DNA from: Eledone cirrhosa
Lineage: Eukaryota
NCBI GenBank assembly: GCA_964016885.1
Contig: OZ024742.1
Coordinates: 211,544,001 to 211,608,000 of the forward strand
Reading direction: 5' to 3'
Length of the DNA stretch: 64,000 nucleotides
In this document: positions 52,845 to 64,000 of the stretch, piece after piece
Layout: every line of letters begins with the position of its first letter
Position numbering within the stretch: the stretch's first letter is position 1
The notes under the pieces: model-generated
What the model was told of the DNA's origin: nothing
What the model saw: the letters and a program-made list of their open reading frames with translations, nothing else
Databases searched by the model: none
Made by a program: the position numbers and the translations under genes

Positions 52845-55382
52845 CATGACACCAGAGGTCAAATGCTGTGTCATTGCCTTTGAGAGGTGCAATTGGGTAA
52901 GGTCAGCTTTTATCACCTCATCCCAGGTCTTCTTGGGTCTCCCTACTCCATGGCTTCCATCGACTTTTAGTGCTCTGCACCTTTTTATGCAGCTGTCATC
53001 CTTCATATGCATCACATGTCCATACCAGCACAACCTCCTCTCCTGCACACAGCATTTGGTTCCTCTTATGCTCAGTCTCTCTTTCAATTCGTTTATGCTT
53101 TGCCGTTCGTGTATATTACTGTTACACATCCATCGGAACATGCAGGCTTCGTTTCTTTCTAATCTACACAAGTCTTCTACACACAGCACCATGTAACATT
53201 TCTGTTCGTATGCATGCATCATACAGTCTGCTTTTCATTTTGAGGGAAAAGCCTTTTGCAGCTAGCAGTGGTAGTAGCTCCCTGAACTTCTTCCATCCCT
53301 TTCTTACCCTGGTTACTGTACTTTCAGAACATCCACCTCCGCTCCTAATTCGGTCACCTAAGTAGCAGAAGCAGTCTACTCTTTCTACAGAGCCCTCCCA
53401 GATTTTGGTAGGGCTTGTTTCCTGTGGCTGTTTGCTGCTTACTGTCCCGGTGCAGCTGCTACATTCCTAACTAAGCTTCCTGAGATCCCACTACATCTCT
53501 TGTGTACCCATAGTTTGCATTTGGGGTAGAGGATGGAATTCCTACCTACACTTTTTCTACATACTGAGCAAGGCCATTTCCTTGAGGGGATCTGGGTTCT
53601 GTTTTCTTGTCTACTTACGAGGACCTTAGTCTTTGTCAGGTTGATTTGAGACCCCTCCTTTCTAGCCCCTGCTTCCATGTTTGGAATTTCTTCTTTAGTT
53701 CCGCCATAGATTCAGCTATAAATGTAAGATCATCTGCATACAGAAGTTCCCATGGGTTTTAAACTTCTCTGTTATAGCCTGCAATACTATAATATCAGGA
53801 GAGGGCTAAGAACAGAGCCCTGGTGGACACCGACCTGTATACTAAATTCCTTGTTATAGTCATTGTTAACCCTAACTTTGCTGACTGCTCTCCTATATTT
53901 GGCTTGTACAGCTTCCACAAGCCATTCATCTACTCCTAGTTTTCTTTGTTTAACTCTGTTAAAGGCTTTTTCCAGATCGACAAATGCCAGGTAGAGAAGC
54001 TTACTTTTAGCTAGGTACTTTTCCTGTAACTGCCTCACAAGGAAGAGAGCATCAGTTGTGTTTTTTTCCTGGCACAAACCCAAACTGCATCTCATCTAGT
54101 TTTACCCGGTCCCTAATCAACTGTGCTATAACTTGTTCCGTTACTTTCATGTCCTGGTCCATCAGCTTTATACCTCTATAGTTTCCTCTATCTAGTGCAT
54201 CTCCTTTATCTTTGTAGCAGTTGACAATGATGCTGCTGCACAAATCCTTTGGTATGTCACCCTCTTGTATTACCTGGTTAACAATACGTGTGGTTATGGT
54301 GTGACCTACCGACCCAGATGCTTCAGCATCTCGGCAGCTATACCCGATGGACCGGTTGCCTTCCCAGTCTTCATATCCTTAATTGCCTTACTTACTACGC
54401 TGCTGCTGACTTATATTGCTGGGCCCTCTATAGGGTCCACTTGGGGTAGATTCTCTTTCTCCCATGCATTCTCCTCCTTTAGTAATCTTTCATAATGGCT
54501 CTTCCATGCAGCTTTCTTCTTGGCACTTGTGAGGGCAAGCTCACTTTTATCATTTCAGACACACTTCTCTCCAATGACATCGCAATTTTCTCTAACACTG
54601 CCTCGTAATCCTGAACACCTGTTTCTGGTCCTCATGCTGCAAAACATGCTTGAATTTTCTATCCTCCGCTTCCCTTCTAGCTAAGTATACTTGTCGCCTA
54701 GCTTCCAGCCTGGTCTCTATGTAATATACCCTGCTTCTCCCATTCTTCCATTCTTCCATTCTTTCCATGCCTGTCTCTTAGCCTTAATTGCCTCATCTAC
54801 CTTATTGTTCCACCACCAAGTCACTCTTCTCCTCCCTGTGGTCTTGCTGCAATCACAAATCTCGTCCGTCGCCTTTAGTAAGTTATTTTTTAGGCACTAC
54901 CAGTGCTCTTCTACATTGAATGTCTGTAACTGTTCTTCTTCACTCTCACAGGTGTCGAGTAAGATATCCTTAAATCTGTTACTGGCTGAGGGGCCTTTCA
55001 GTTTCCAGATTTTTCTTCTCCAGGTTGCCTTCTGTTTCCAAGTAACTCTAGTTCTGACAATGAGGTCGCTGACAACTAAGTTATGTTGGGAGGTACATTC
55101 CTCACCAGGGAAGACGTTTGTGTTTACAACCATCCATCTATCTCATCTGCTGATAAGGATAAAATCTATATGACTAGAATGCTCCCCTGATCTATAGGTG
55201 ATCAGATGTTTGTTGGGTTTTTTGAAGTTTGTGTTACATATCGACAGGTCACTGGCATCGCAGAATTCTAGAAGCCTGAAGCCTTCTTCAGTTCTTGTGC
55301 CAAACCCATAGCCTCCATGAACTCTATAGAAGCCGTTACCGTGTTTCCCAACGTGTCCGTTAAAGTCTCCTGCAATGATTAG
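52845..55382 (-). mobile_element. RTE-clade LINE (related subfamily), APE to RT C-terminus, decayed
   Basis: IAGDFNGHVG, CNTNFKK, IDFILI, QHNLVV, FVDLEKAF, HQGSVLSP, GRPKKTW on the minus strand; tail-to-tail with the previous copy. Confidence 0.9.
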
Positions 55383-55559
55383 GAATGAATATTGTTTACC
55401 CTAAGGTGCTTCAAGTTTATTAGATTTTCATTTCTAAATTCTATTATCATTACAATTTTGATATTTTAAAATATAAAATATAGATATTTTGAAATAATTA
55501 TGAGGAAAAAAAACATATCTTCATATTTATTGTTTACTTATCTGAATAAGAATAGCAGT

Positions 55560-55589
55560 AACCTGGGCAATGCTGGGTAATTCAGCTAG
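55560..55589 (+). mobile_element. Helitron 3' terminus remnant
   Basis: acctgggcaatgctgggt hairpin then CTAG|T; similar to the terminus at 7793. Confidence 0.6.
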
Positions 55590-56120
55590 TCTATTACATA
55601 ATTTTAAACAAGTTAATTATTTCTTTGTGGTTCACTGACTGGTACTGGTCTCTGTTGGGGACCTCTGATGTAGATCAACAACACTAGGGCGGCTGTCATG
55701 TCTTTAACACAACTGAAGGGTCCCCGCCAACCCTTTATTTGCCAAACTTTGTAGGGGACTGTTGGGTGGAAAATGGCTGGGTTGACAATAATTGAAATTT
55801 TTGGAAGACATATGAAGGAAGTGTAAGGAGCAAGATATTTAGATTTGGGATCTGGGAGAATGGATAGTACTACAACAATGACAGCCATGGATAACTAGCA
55901 TTCACTGTAGACCAAAAGTGACCTGAATAGCTGACAGCTTAGTACAAGACACTGGCAATATATATGATAGGAACACTGAGTTGTGTGTGTATCTGAATAG
56001 CTGACAGCTTAGTACAAGACACTGTCAATATATATGATAGGAACACTGCGTGTGTGTGTGTATGCTGTTTCACATGTTTGCTACCATGGTCAGCAAAATT
56101 TAGCTGAATTTTTACTGACA

Positions 56121-56310
56121 TAATTGTTTCTACTTTAGGCACAAGGCCAGCAATTACCCAGTGCATTACTGGTACTTTATTTTATCGACTCTGTAGGGAT
56201 GAAAGGCAAAGTCAACCTCGGCGGGATTTGAACTCAGATCGTAAAGGGACGTAACTATGCTGGAAAGCATGGCGTCCGACCCTCTACCGATACTGCCAAT
56301 CCACCGCCCT
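56121..56310 (-). mobile_element. tRNA-derived SINE
   Basis: Same family as 58765-58952 and 59570-59735. Confidence 0.8.
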
Positions 56311-57413
56311 ACATAAATAACAAAAAGGTTGTATAAAAACACACACACATACACAGACATGCACATACACATGATACACGTACATACACATATGCACATA
56401 CACACACACATATGTACACATACACTCAAATACACACATACACATGCGCACACACACATACATAGACAGAAACACACACATGTACAGATATGCACACACA
56501 TATGTACACTTATACACACACACACAGACATGTACAAATAAGCACACACATATGTACACATATGCGCACACACATACACACACAGGCTCACAGAGATACA
56601 CACACAAACACATACATTCACACACACACACATTGCACCTATTTTATTATATACATATCACTAATGTCTTTTACCTTGTCAGTTATTCAGGTCAGCTACT
56701 TGTGTTAGATATATTTTTAAAACTTGCATTACTTTTCTGTAAACGTTTGATAAGAAGAAATTAACAAAGGGAAATCATGCATAGATACAAGTATAGCCAG
56801 ATGAAGACCTTTATAGGCTCTTTACTTACTTTAAACAATTCACAAGATCCAACTTCATTTGCTTACCAAGTGGAGTGGAATTCGTCAAATTGGACTAAGG
56901 AAACAATGTTTCCATTGGTCTTTCCATTGCTGATACTAGCTACCAGCTGCAACTCCTGGTAGAAAGAGCAACATTAAATAAAGTGTTGTGCTCAAGGACT
57001 TAACACATCACCCAATCCGGGAATTGAACACATAACCTCATGATTGCCAATCCAATTCTGTAACCACTAAGTTAATGTACCTTCACTATAGGCCCTAATC
57101 ACTAAAAATATAAAACTCTCATATACTGTATATGGAAAAAAAGGTCTTTCTTGAGGGGGTGCCACTCTAAAGTGGTTAGTAATCAAATAGAGCATGTGAC
57201 AACCTCACTAGCACTGGTGCTATGATAAAATGCATCCAGTACACTCTGTCAAGTGGGAATACTGATGCAATGATAAAATGCACCCAGTACATTCTTGTAA
57301 AGTTGTAGCACTGGTGCCCACGAAAAAATGTACCCAGTACACTCTGTAAAGTGGTAGTGCTGGTGGCATGATAAAATGCACCTGGAACACTCTGTAATGT
57401 GGATGGCATTACA

Positions 57414-57592
57414 AAGGGTTAGTGTTAGGGTTGGTGTTAGGTTAAGGGTTAAGGGTAAGGGGTTAGGCTTCAGGGTTATGGTTTAGGGTTATGGCTTAGG
57501 GTTATGGGTAAGGATTTAGGGTTAGAGTTTAGGGGTAAGGGTTTAGGGTTATTGTTTAGGGTTATGGCTTAGGGTTATGGATAAGGGTTTAG
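57414..57592 (+). repeat. Interstitial degenerate TTAGGG-like tract
   Basis: ttaggg/ttatgg/taaggg variants over ~180 bp. Confidence 0.75.
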
Positions 57593-58254
57593 TCAGTGCC
57601 TGAGGATCACTTACCTGTGGGTTTATGTTGAACTGATGTTGCAGCTATTTAGCTCCAGTTTAACGACAATCAAACAATCCTACGATCAAAGACATTCCTA
57701 TATGAACATTCTGTATTTCATCATCTTCGTTTAACGTCCATTTTCCACGCTAGCATGGGTTAGGAGTATTTAGGATTTCATTATCAGATACATTCTTCCC
57801 TTTTTAAGGTGGTAGGGTGTGATTTGAAGGGGATTTAGTTGCTATATCTGGCAAGTTGAGTGACTAACCACATAGACTCTCACTGTGATTAACATGAAGA
57901 ACACTTGTTATCAGATATAGGAAACATCTGTCAGCCAACTAAATCCAAAATGAGAAATACTCAATTGATTTCTATTGGCAAGTTAATTCAAATAGTTTAC
58001 ACAATAGATTACACAAGATGTAATGTTTTCTTTTTTTTACTGCTTAACTCAGGCATGGACAACCTTTTTTTGAGCAGTGGGCTGCATAGGATCACAAGGT
58101 GGGCTGCACTACTAAAACATTCAAGGTAATTTTGAAATTATGCATGCCATTCAGAAAGCCAAATAGGTTGCATATGACTCACGGGTCACAGTTTGCCCAA
58201 TGACTGGTTTAGTCTATGAGGAATAGGCAGTGTTTATGACTCTTTTCAGGTAGG

Positions 58255-58681
58255 TGGTTGGGAGAAAGGTTTTTAAACTGGTGTCAGGCTGGGAGGATGG
58301 TTTTTAAACTAGTGTCTGGTTTTGAGGAAGGTTTTTAAATTGGTGTCTGGCTGGGAGGAAGGTTTTTAAACAGGTGTCTGGTTGGGAGGAAAGTTTTTAA
58401 ATTGGTGTCTGGTTGGGAGGAAGGTTTTTAAACAGGTGTCTGGTTGGGAGGAAAGTTTTTAAATTGGTGTCTGGTTGGGAGGAAGGTTTTTAAATTGGTG
58501 TCTGGCTGGGAGGAAGGTTTTTAAACAGGTGTCTGGTTGGGAGGAAAGTTTTTAAATTGGTGTCTGGTTGGGAGGAAGGTTTTTAAACAGGTGTCTGGTT
58601 GGGAGGAAAGTTTTTAAATTGGTGTCTGGTTGGGAGGAAGGTTTTTAAATTGGTGTCTGGTTGGGCGGAAGGGTTTTAAAC
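58255..58681. repeat. 31-bp minisatellite (~14 units), alternating A/B variants
   Basis: aggtgtctggttgggaggaaagtttttaaat / tggtgtctggttgggaggaaggtttttaaac. Confidence 0.92.
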
Positions 58682-58764
58682 TCACTGATATTTTAAGAGA
58701 CTTTCTCCAACAAATGATCCTTATTATATGTTATTATATGATATATAATATATATATAGATGAA

Positions 58765-59890
58765 GGGCTGGATTGGTAGTGTCGGTAGCGGGTTGGACGC
58801 CATGCTTTGACGCATAGAGTTACAGCCCTTGCCATTCTGAGTTCAAATCCCGCCAAGGTTAACTTTGCCTTTCATCCTTACGGGGTCGATAAAATAAAGT
58901 ACCAGTAATGCACTGGGTAATTGCTGACCTTGTGCTAAAAGTAGAAACAATTATATGATATGATATGGTATGGTCCTGTAACTCCTGATGGAGTTGTAGG
59001 AGTACTGTAGTGGCATACACTGTTTTTGTGGCATTTTAAGCTTACAGAGCCCATCCTTCTCCAGGTCTTAACACAGCAGCTTTCTTCCAAGAGAAGGATA
59101 GAAAGTGAGAGAGAGAAAGTGAGAAAGAGATGTAGAAAAAGAATCAACCCCGCTACTAGACTGCTACTAGACTGCTACATCGAAAGGATGAAAGGCAAAG
59201 CTGACCTTGTTGGGATTTGAACTCAAAGAGTAGAGAGCCAGAATGAATACTGTAAAGCATTCTATCTGACATTCTCATGGTTCTGCCAATTTGTCACACA
59301 TTTCCTTATTATATAGAATGATGAAAAAATTGAAGTTACATTTCCCAATATTGACCTATTGAATTAATGACTAAGTCAACAAATATTTAGATTAAAATTA
59401 AACTCTGAACCAAGTTGTGCAGACTGAAATTTCTATTTTTCCTCTCTTTTGTTAGCAAATTTACTTATTTCTTTTTTTGCCATGAATATTCTCATTACTT
59501 AACATATCCAAAGGCAGAATCGGTAGAGCATTGGACAAAATGCTTTGCAGCATGTAGTTACAGCTCATTTAGAGGGTCGGGCGCCATGCTTTCCAGCATA
59601 GTTACGTCCCTTTACGATCTGAGTTCAAATCCCGCCGAGGTTGACTTTGCCTTTCATCCTTACGGGGGTTGATAAAATAAAGTACCAGTAATGCACTGGG
59701 TAATTGCTGGCCTTGTGCCTAAAGTAGAAACAATTATGTTCTAATTTAAAATCCCACCAGGATCAAATTTGTCTATGATCCTTCTGGTTTTGATAAAATA
59801 AAGTATCAGGTAAATACTGGGATTGATTTATTTCACTTTGCCTCTCCCCTTCAAATTCCCATCCCTTTTGTGTCTAAAATAGAAATCATT
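58765..59890. mobile_element. Cluster of ~4 tRNA-derived SINE copies
   Basis: Copies at ~58765-58952(+), 59170-59290(-), 59510-59735(+) and 59740-59890(+). Confidence 0.75.
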
Positions 59891-59896
59891 ATTTAA

Positions 59897-60116
59897 CCCT
59901 TTAGCATTTAAACTGACCATATCCGACCAGAATTCTCTCACCTTTTCTGTCCAACCTAGCTGTAACTGGCCACTCATACTGATGTTAAGGTATTGTTCTC
60001 AAAGTAAATAATATCAAAATCTTATAGATTTGATATCATGTGAGATAATTGTGTAAGATAATGCCTTTACCACAAAAATACACTAGTATGTATAGAGTAA
60101 TGTAAATGCTAAAGGG
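59897..60116. mobile_element. piggyBac-type MITE with TTAA target duplication
   Basis: TTAA|ccctttagcattta ... taaatgctaaaggg|TTAA. Confidence 0.8.
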
Positions 60117-60786
60117 TTAACATGTGATTTTGTTTTGAGGTCATAGCAATATTATTGCCAGCCCAACTGAATTCAATATAGATAGAAAAAAAATGTTAGG
60201 TCATTGAGCAAGCTTATCAGTTGATGTTTCCCACCTTCAAACATTTTGAATTCTTCCTCTCCTCCTGTCTTGCCTACACCCACCCATACAGACATGGTCT
60301 TACAGATATTCAACAACCTTATCACACTCACCTATCTTCAAAGACCTATGAAATTTATGAACACTTCCCCCTATTTTTTAAGCCTTGGGAATGGAGAAGA
60401 AGAAGAAAGAAAGGCTATTCAGTATTGACTTCAATGAATAACCTGATTTTTTACAAATATCAGTTCTCAACAATAGAATCTAAAATTCTAAGGATAAAAA
60501 CCTACAAATATTTGACCAAACTTTTTTCTCTATGCTTCAACAATACAGCTTTATTAAATTACAGTTATTTATATAACAATCTCTCTTGTTAAAGAAGTGG
60601 TGATCTTGTTTTTAGTTTTCATTTTGCTCCCCTTTTTCATTTTGCTTTCACAATAAATAACAAATAATTTTATTTTCTAAATATAATTGAGATAATGAGA
60701 GAAAAAATTAAATAATGAAAAACAGGTTAGGAGAAAAGAGGGCCAGATACTACATCCCTGGCAAGGCAGTATATTTTAGTTGTGCT

Positions 60787-61757
60787 CTAGAAACAAGATA
60801 ACAAAAGAATTGTCCTGAGAACAGCCAGAAGCACCTGCTGCATCATCCAATGTACTTCATGGGGCTCTTTCCTCAGGCAAGATGCTTTCATCCTGATTTT
60901 GCAGCAGAAAACAGCAGTCTGGAGTCTGAGGACACTGGAGGTCTTGACAGCGACTAGCATGAAAAGGAAGAAAGTGGTCAAGTCCTGGTATTTAAATATC
61001 TTTCACTCCTCTGCGTTACAGGTAGCAGTGCCCAGGTTTGTGACTGAGGGAACAAGTTTGAAACAGCATGTTGCAGTATGTGGTATCCCAGATTAGAGAT
61101 TCATCTCCTTTGGTTTGGAAAAAGGTTATCCCATCTGGGCATTTACTCTTACTCTGGTTGAGTCCAGCAGGCTCCTGTTGTGATAGGAAACTGGCCGCAT
61201 TAAGATTTCTTCTGATGTTGTTCAAGAAATTTAGGTGGCCCAGTGCCTTGGCTTCCTCATGTGTGAGCCATACAAATGCTGTTGTGGAGTCACTTCGATG
61301 AGTTTGAACTATATCCACTCTTTTGTCTCCACAATGCAAGTCAGTACCTTTGGCACACTGCCTTGAATGAAATCATCAGAAAGAGTTTGCCGGCTTTGCC
61401 AAGCACTCAGATGAGATAACCCACTTCCCACTCGGGGGAGGTAAATCACTAATCTGGGACACCATGTGCTGTAACACATTCTCTGCCTCCAATCTTGTTG
61501 CTTTGGCCACAAACTCAGGCATTGCTACCTGCAATGCAAAGGAGCAGAAGATAGTCAAATATTGTGACTTGGTGGTCTGCTTCTTTTCCATGCCAGTCAC
61601 CATCAAGATTTCTGGCATCCTCAGTCAGCATAAATTTAGGAGGAGTATATCTCACCAGAGGAAGGAGCCCCATGTGGTGGAATGGCTGGTGCAGCAGGTG
61701 TTGCTAGCTGTTTTCTGTGGAAATGCCTTCGCCATTTTGTCCTTGGGACGTAGCTGA
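60787..61757. mobile_element. Two divergently oriented decayed RLE-endonuclease (CRE-like) LINE C-terminal fragments
   Basis: Minus copy: EPAGL..KCPDGIT..LIWDTT..VAVKTSSVL..QQVLLAV. Plus copy: ..KIVKY..QQVLLAVFCGNAFAIL. Confidence 0.7.
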
Positions 61758-61867
61758 GATAAACATCCTAGACTAGAATGTAGAGTCTGCTGCTCTTTCC
61801 CGACCCCTTTATTTATTATTTTTCCTTTTTTAATTACAAACATTATATAATTTAATTGAAAGTAGAT

Positions 61868-62020
61868 TAAATCGACTCCAGTGCGTTACTGTTACTTTAT
61901 CTTAAGGATGGAAGACAAAGCTAACATCGACGGAATTCGAACTCATAACGTAAAGGGACGTAACTATATACCGCAAAGCATGTTGACCGACGCTCTACCG
62001 ATACTGTTAATCCACCGTCC
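61868..62020 (-). mobile_element. tRNA-derived SINE
   Basis: Reverse complement of the same SINE family. Confidence 0.7.
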
Positions 62021-63649
62021 AAACTGAAATGAAATTAATAAAACCTGGTTCTATGTAGTAGGTTAAAGTTCAGAGTTCGAGATATCTTTGGTAATTTGTT
62101 GACACCAGATAAGACACATAGAAAACAATAACAGTAAATTCACACACGGGCAAATGAACACAAGCTCCTTAAAAAATAAGACGAAAGAAAATATTTTTTT
62201 TAAAGGTAACAATTTTGAAAAAATTTATCGTCATTATACTTTAATTGATGCCACTAAATAATTCATAAAAGTTACTATTAAATAATTCTGATTATTAAAA
62301 AATGAGTCATTTTATCACGAAAACTACACATTCGGACGATTAGATTAAAAAAATAAATGAAGTATCTATACATTTTATTAAGGTCTTAATTTAAAGACTG
62401 TTAATTTACATACTCCCTTCGGCTAAAGCTAAATAAATAGTCCTGGAAAACCATCCCAATTTGTTTACCAGCTTTCAATGATGTCATAGGTCAAAGTTCG
62501 AATGACATTTATCATGTGATAAATTACTCGACTAAAGGGGAGTTGCAGGAACTGTACGTGGTAAGTCGAAGTTTCATTTGTCTCAAACTCCTTCCTATGG
62601 ACTTAAAAGAAAGAATTGAAGCTGAAAAAAATTATTTAATATTTCAAGTGTAAATGTGTATACATTGGCAATGTGTATACATTAGTCTCTAAACTCTCCA
62701 TTTTTTGAAAGATATTGTTGATAGTTATTATGTACACAGATATTTTACTATATTTCTTTGAAATGATTTTCGTTGAGAAAGTAATGAAATAGTCAACAAC
62801 ATTGTCTTGTTGTCCCTGTATATTTCTGTTCTAACGATACTCATGCTACAATGTATTCATATCGAAGAAAGCACGGTGTTTAAACGACAAACGAAGTTAT
62901 AGAATAAAGTAAACATTATACATCAACTCTTCTTTCTTGTTAACCAAATATTTGGAAATTACAGAATAACGTTTCTTTCCAATTGTCGGTATTTTTATTA
63001 ATAATGCTCATATTAATTTTTCGTGAATTATCCGAACACTGGCGGATCCGAAGATTTATTAACACTTCCTAAGACTTTTAATATAGAAACGTTGGGGCAT
63101 TTTCCGGGAATTTTCACTTTGTTCCTTGTTCAACTTATGCTGAAATAGGGTAGTAAATACATTTCTAATAATAATGTTCCTGTTAACGAGAATTATATAT
63201 ATATATATAATCTTACCAATTACATGCGTTAATTAAAAATGACACTGTCGCTAATTGGGAATGTAAAAAAAAATAACTTTGTTTTTTTGAATTACTGAAA
63301 TGAATAAGTTTCGATTTAGCGTAGATACTTTAAAATTAACTAAACGTTTTTTTTTTTTTCGTATTACACGTTAAAAATATGGTTTTACAAACTGGATTTT
63401 TAAAACCCCACGTCTAATTAAAAAAAATCTTTAAACATGTTTGTATTTGTAATGGAATTGTTATGCTTGCAAACAAAATACTCAAAGCATTATGTAAATG
63501 TGGAAATAATTCTATTTTTAAGGCACGTGCATTGCGAAAACAATAACATTTCTTTAAGTATTCACGGTTGGTAATTCAAGGAAACTGTTATATATTTTAT
63601 ATTCCCATTGTCATTAATTTCATTTTTAAGTATGTCAATTAGCGGCAAG

Positions 63650-63950
63650 AGTTTTGCCTTTCATCCTTACTTGGTCGATAAAATAAAGTACCAGTAACGC
63701 ACTGAAGTCGATTTAATTGACTTCTCTTCGCCCCAAATTGTTGGCCTTGTGCCTAAATCAGACACCATTGGCAGTATCGGTAGAGGGTCAGGCGCCATGC
63801 TTTGCAACAAAGAGGTGTGACCCTTTATGGTCTGAGTTCAAATCCGGCCGATGTCAACTTTGCCTTTCATCCTTACGGAGTCGATAAAATAAAGTACCAG
63901 TAATGCACTGGATAATTGATGGCCTTGTGCCAAAAAGTAGAAACAATTAT
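63650..63950 (+). mobile_element. Two adjacent SINE copies
   Basis: tttgcctttcatcct..gtcgataaaataaagtaccagtaa occurs twice. Confidence 0.8.
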
Positions 63951-63966
63951 TATATCTATCTATCTA

Positions 63967-64000
<34 letters not shown>

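Noticed and set aside
57598-57625. CTGAGGA plus a short stem
   Set aside because: No GAAA, stem III or stem I follows.
58050-58205. hAT-like MITE
   Set aside because: TIR similarity is weak and the 8-bp flanks do not match; insufficient support.

Overview
AT-rich, repeat-dense animal genomic DNA. The SINE set and the (TA)n/(CA)n/(GATA)n microsatellite landscape resemble an octopus/coleoid cephalopod genome (inference). It is not prokaryotic: no CRISPR, rRNA or true tRNA genes were seen, and most track ORFs are microsatellite artefacts or transposon remnants. Recognisable content: about 9 Penelope-like element (PLE) RT/GIY-YIG remnants from two clades; three tandem Tx1/L1-clade LINE pieces embedded in (TATC)n; four RTE-clade LINE remnants; an RLE-endonuclease LINE remnant; an internally deleted Helitron plus tandem non-autonomous Helitrons; tRNA-derived SINEs; MITEs; and minisatellites. 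The most striking signal is not in the ORF track. There are at least 12 intact minimal type I hammerhead ribozyme motifs (CUGAnGA...GAAA, palindromic stem III) plus about 4 degenerate ones, from several unrelated sequence families. Six of them sit symmetrically in the arms of three PLE-derived fold-back palindromes (4.1 kb, about 350 bp and 368 bp). Most long-stem copies share a C.C/C.U mismatch at stem II position 4. A spliced host transcript on the minus strand is weakly suggested by splice motifs only.
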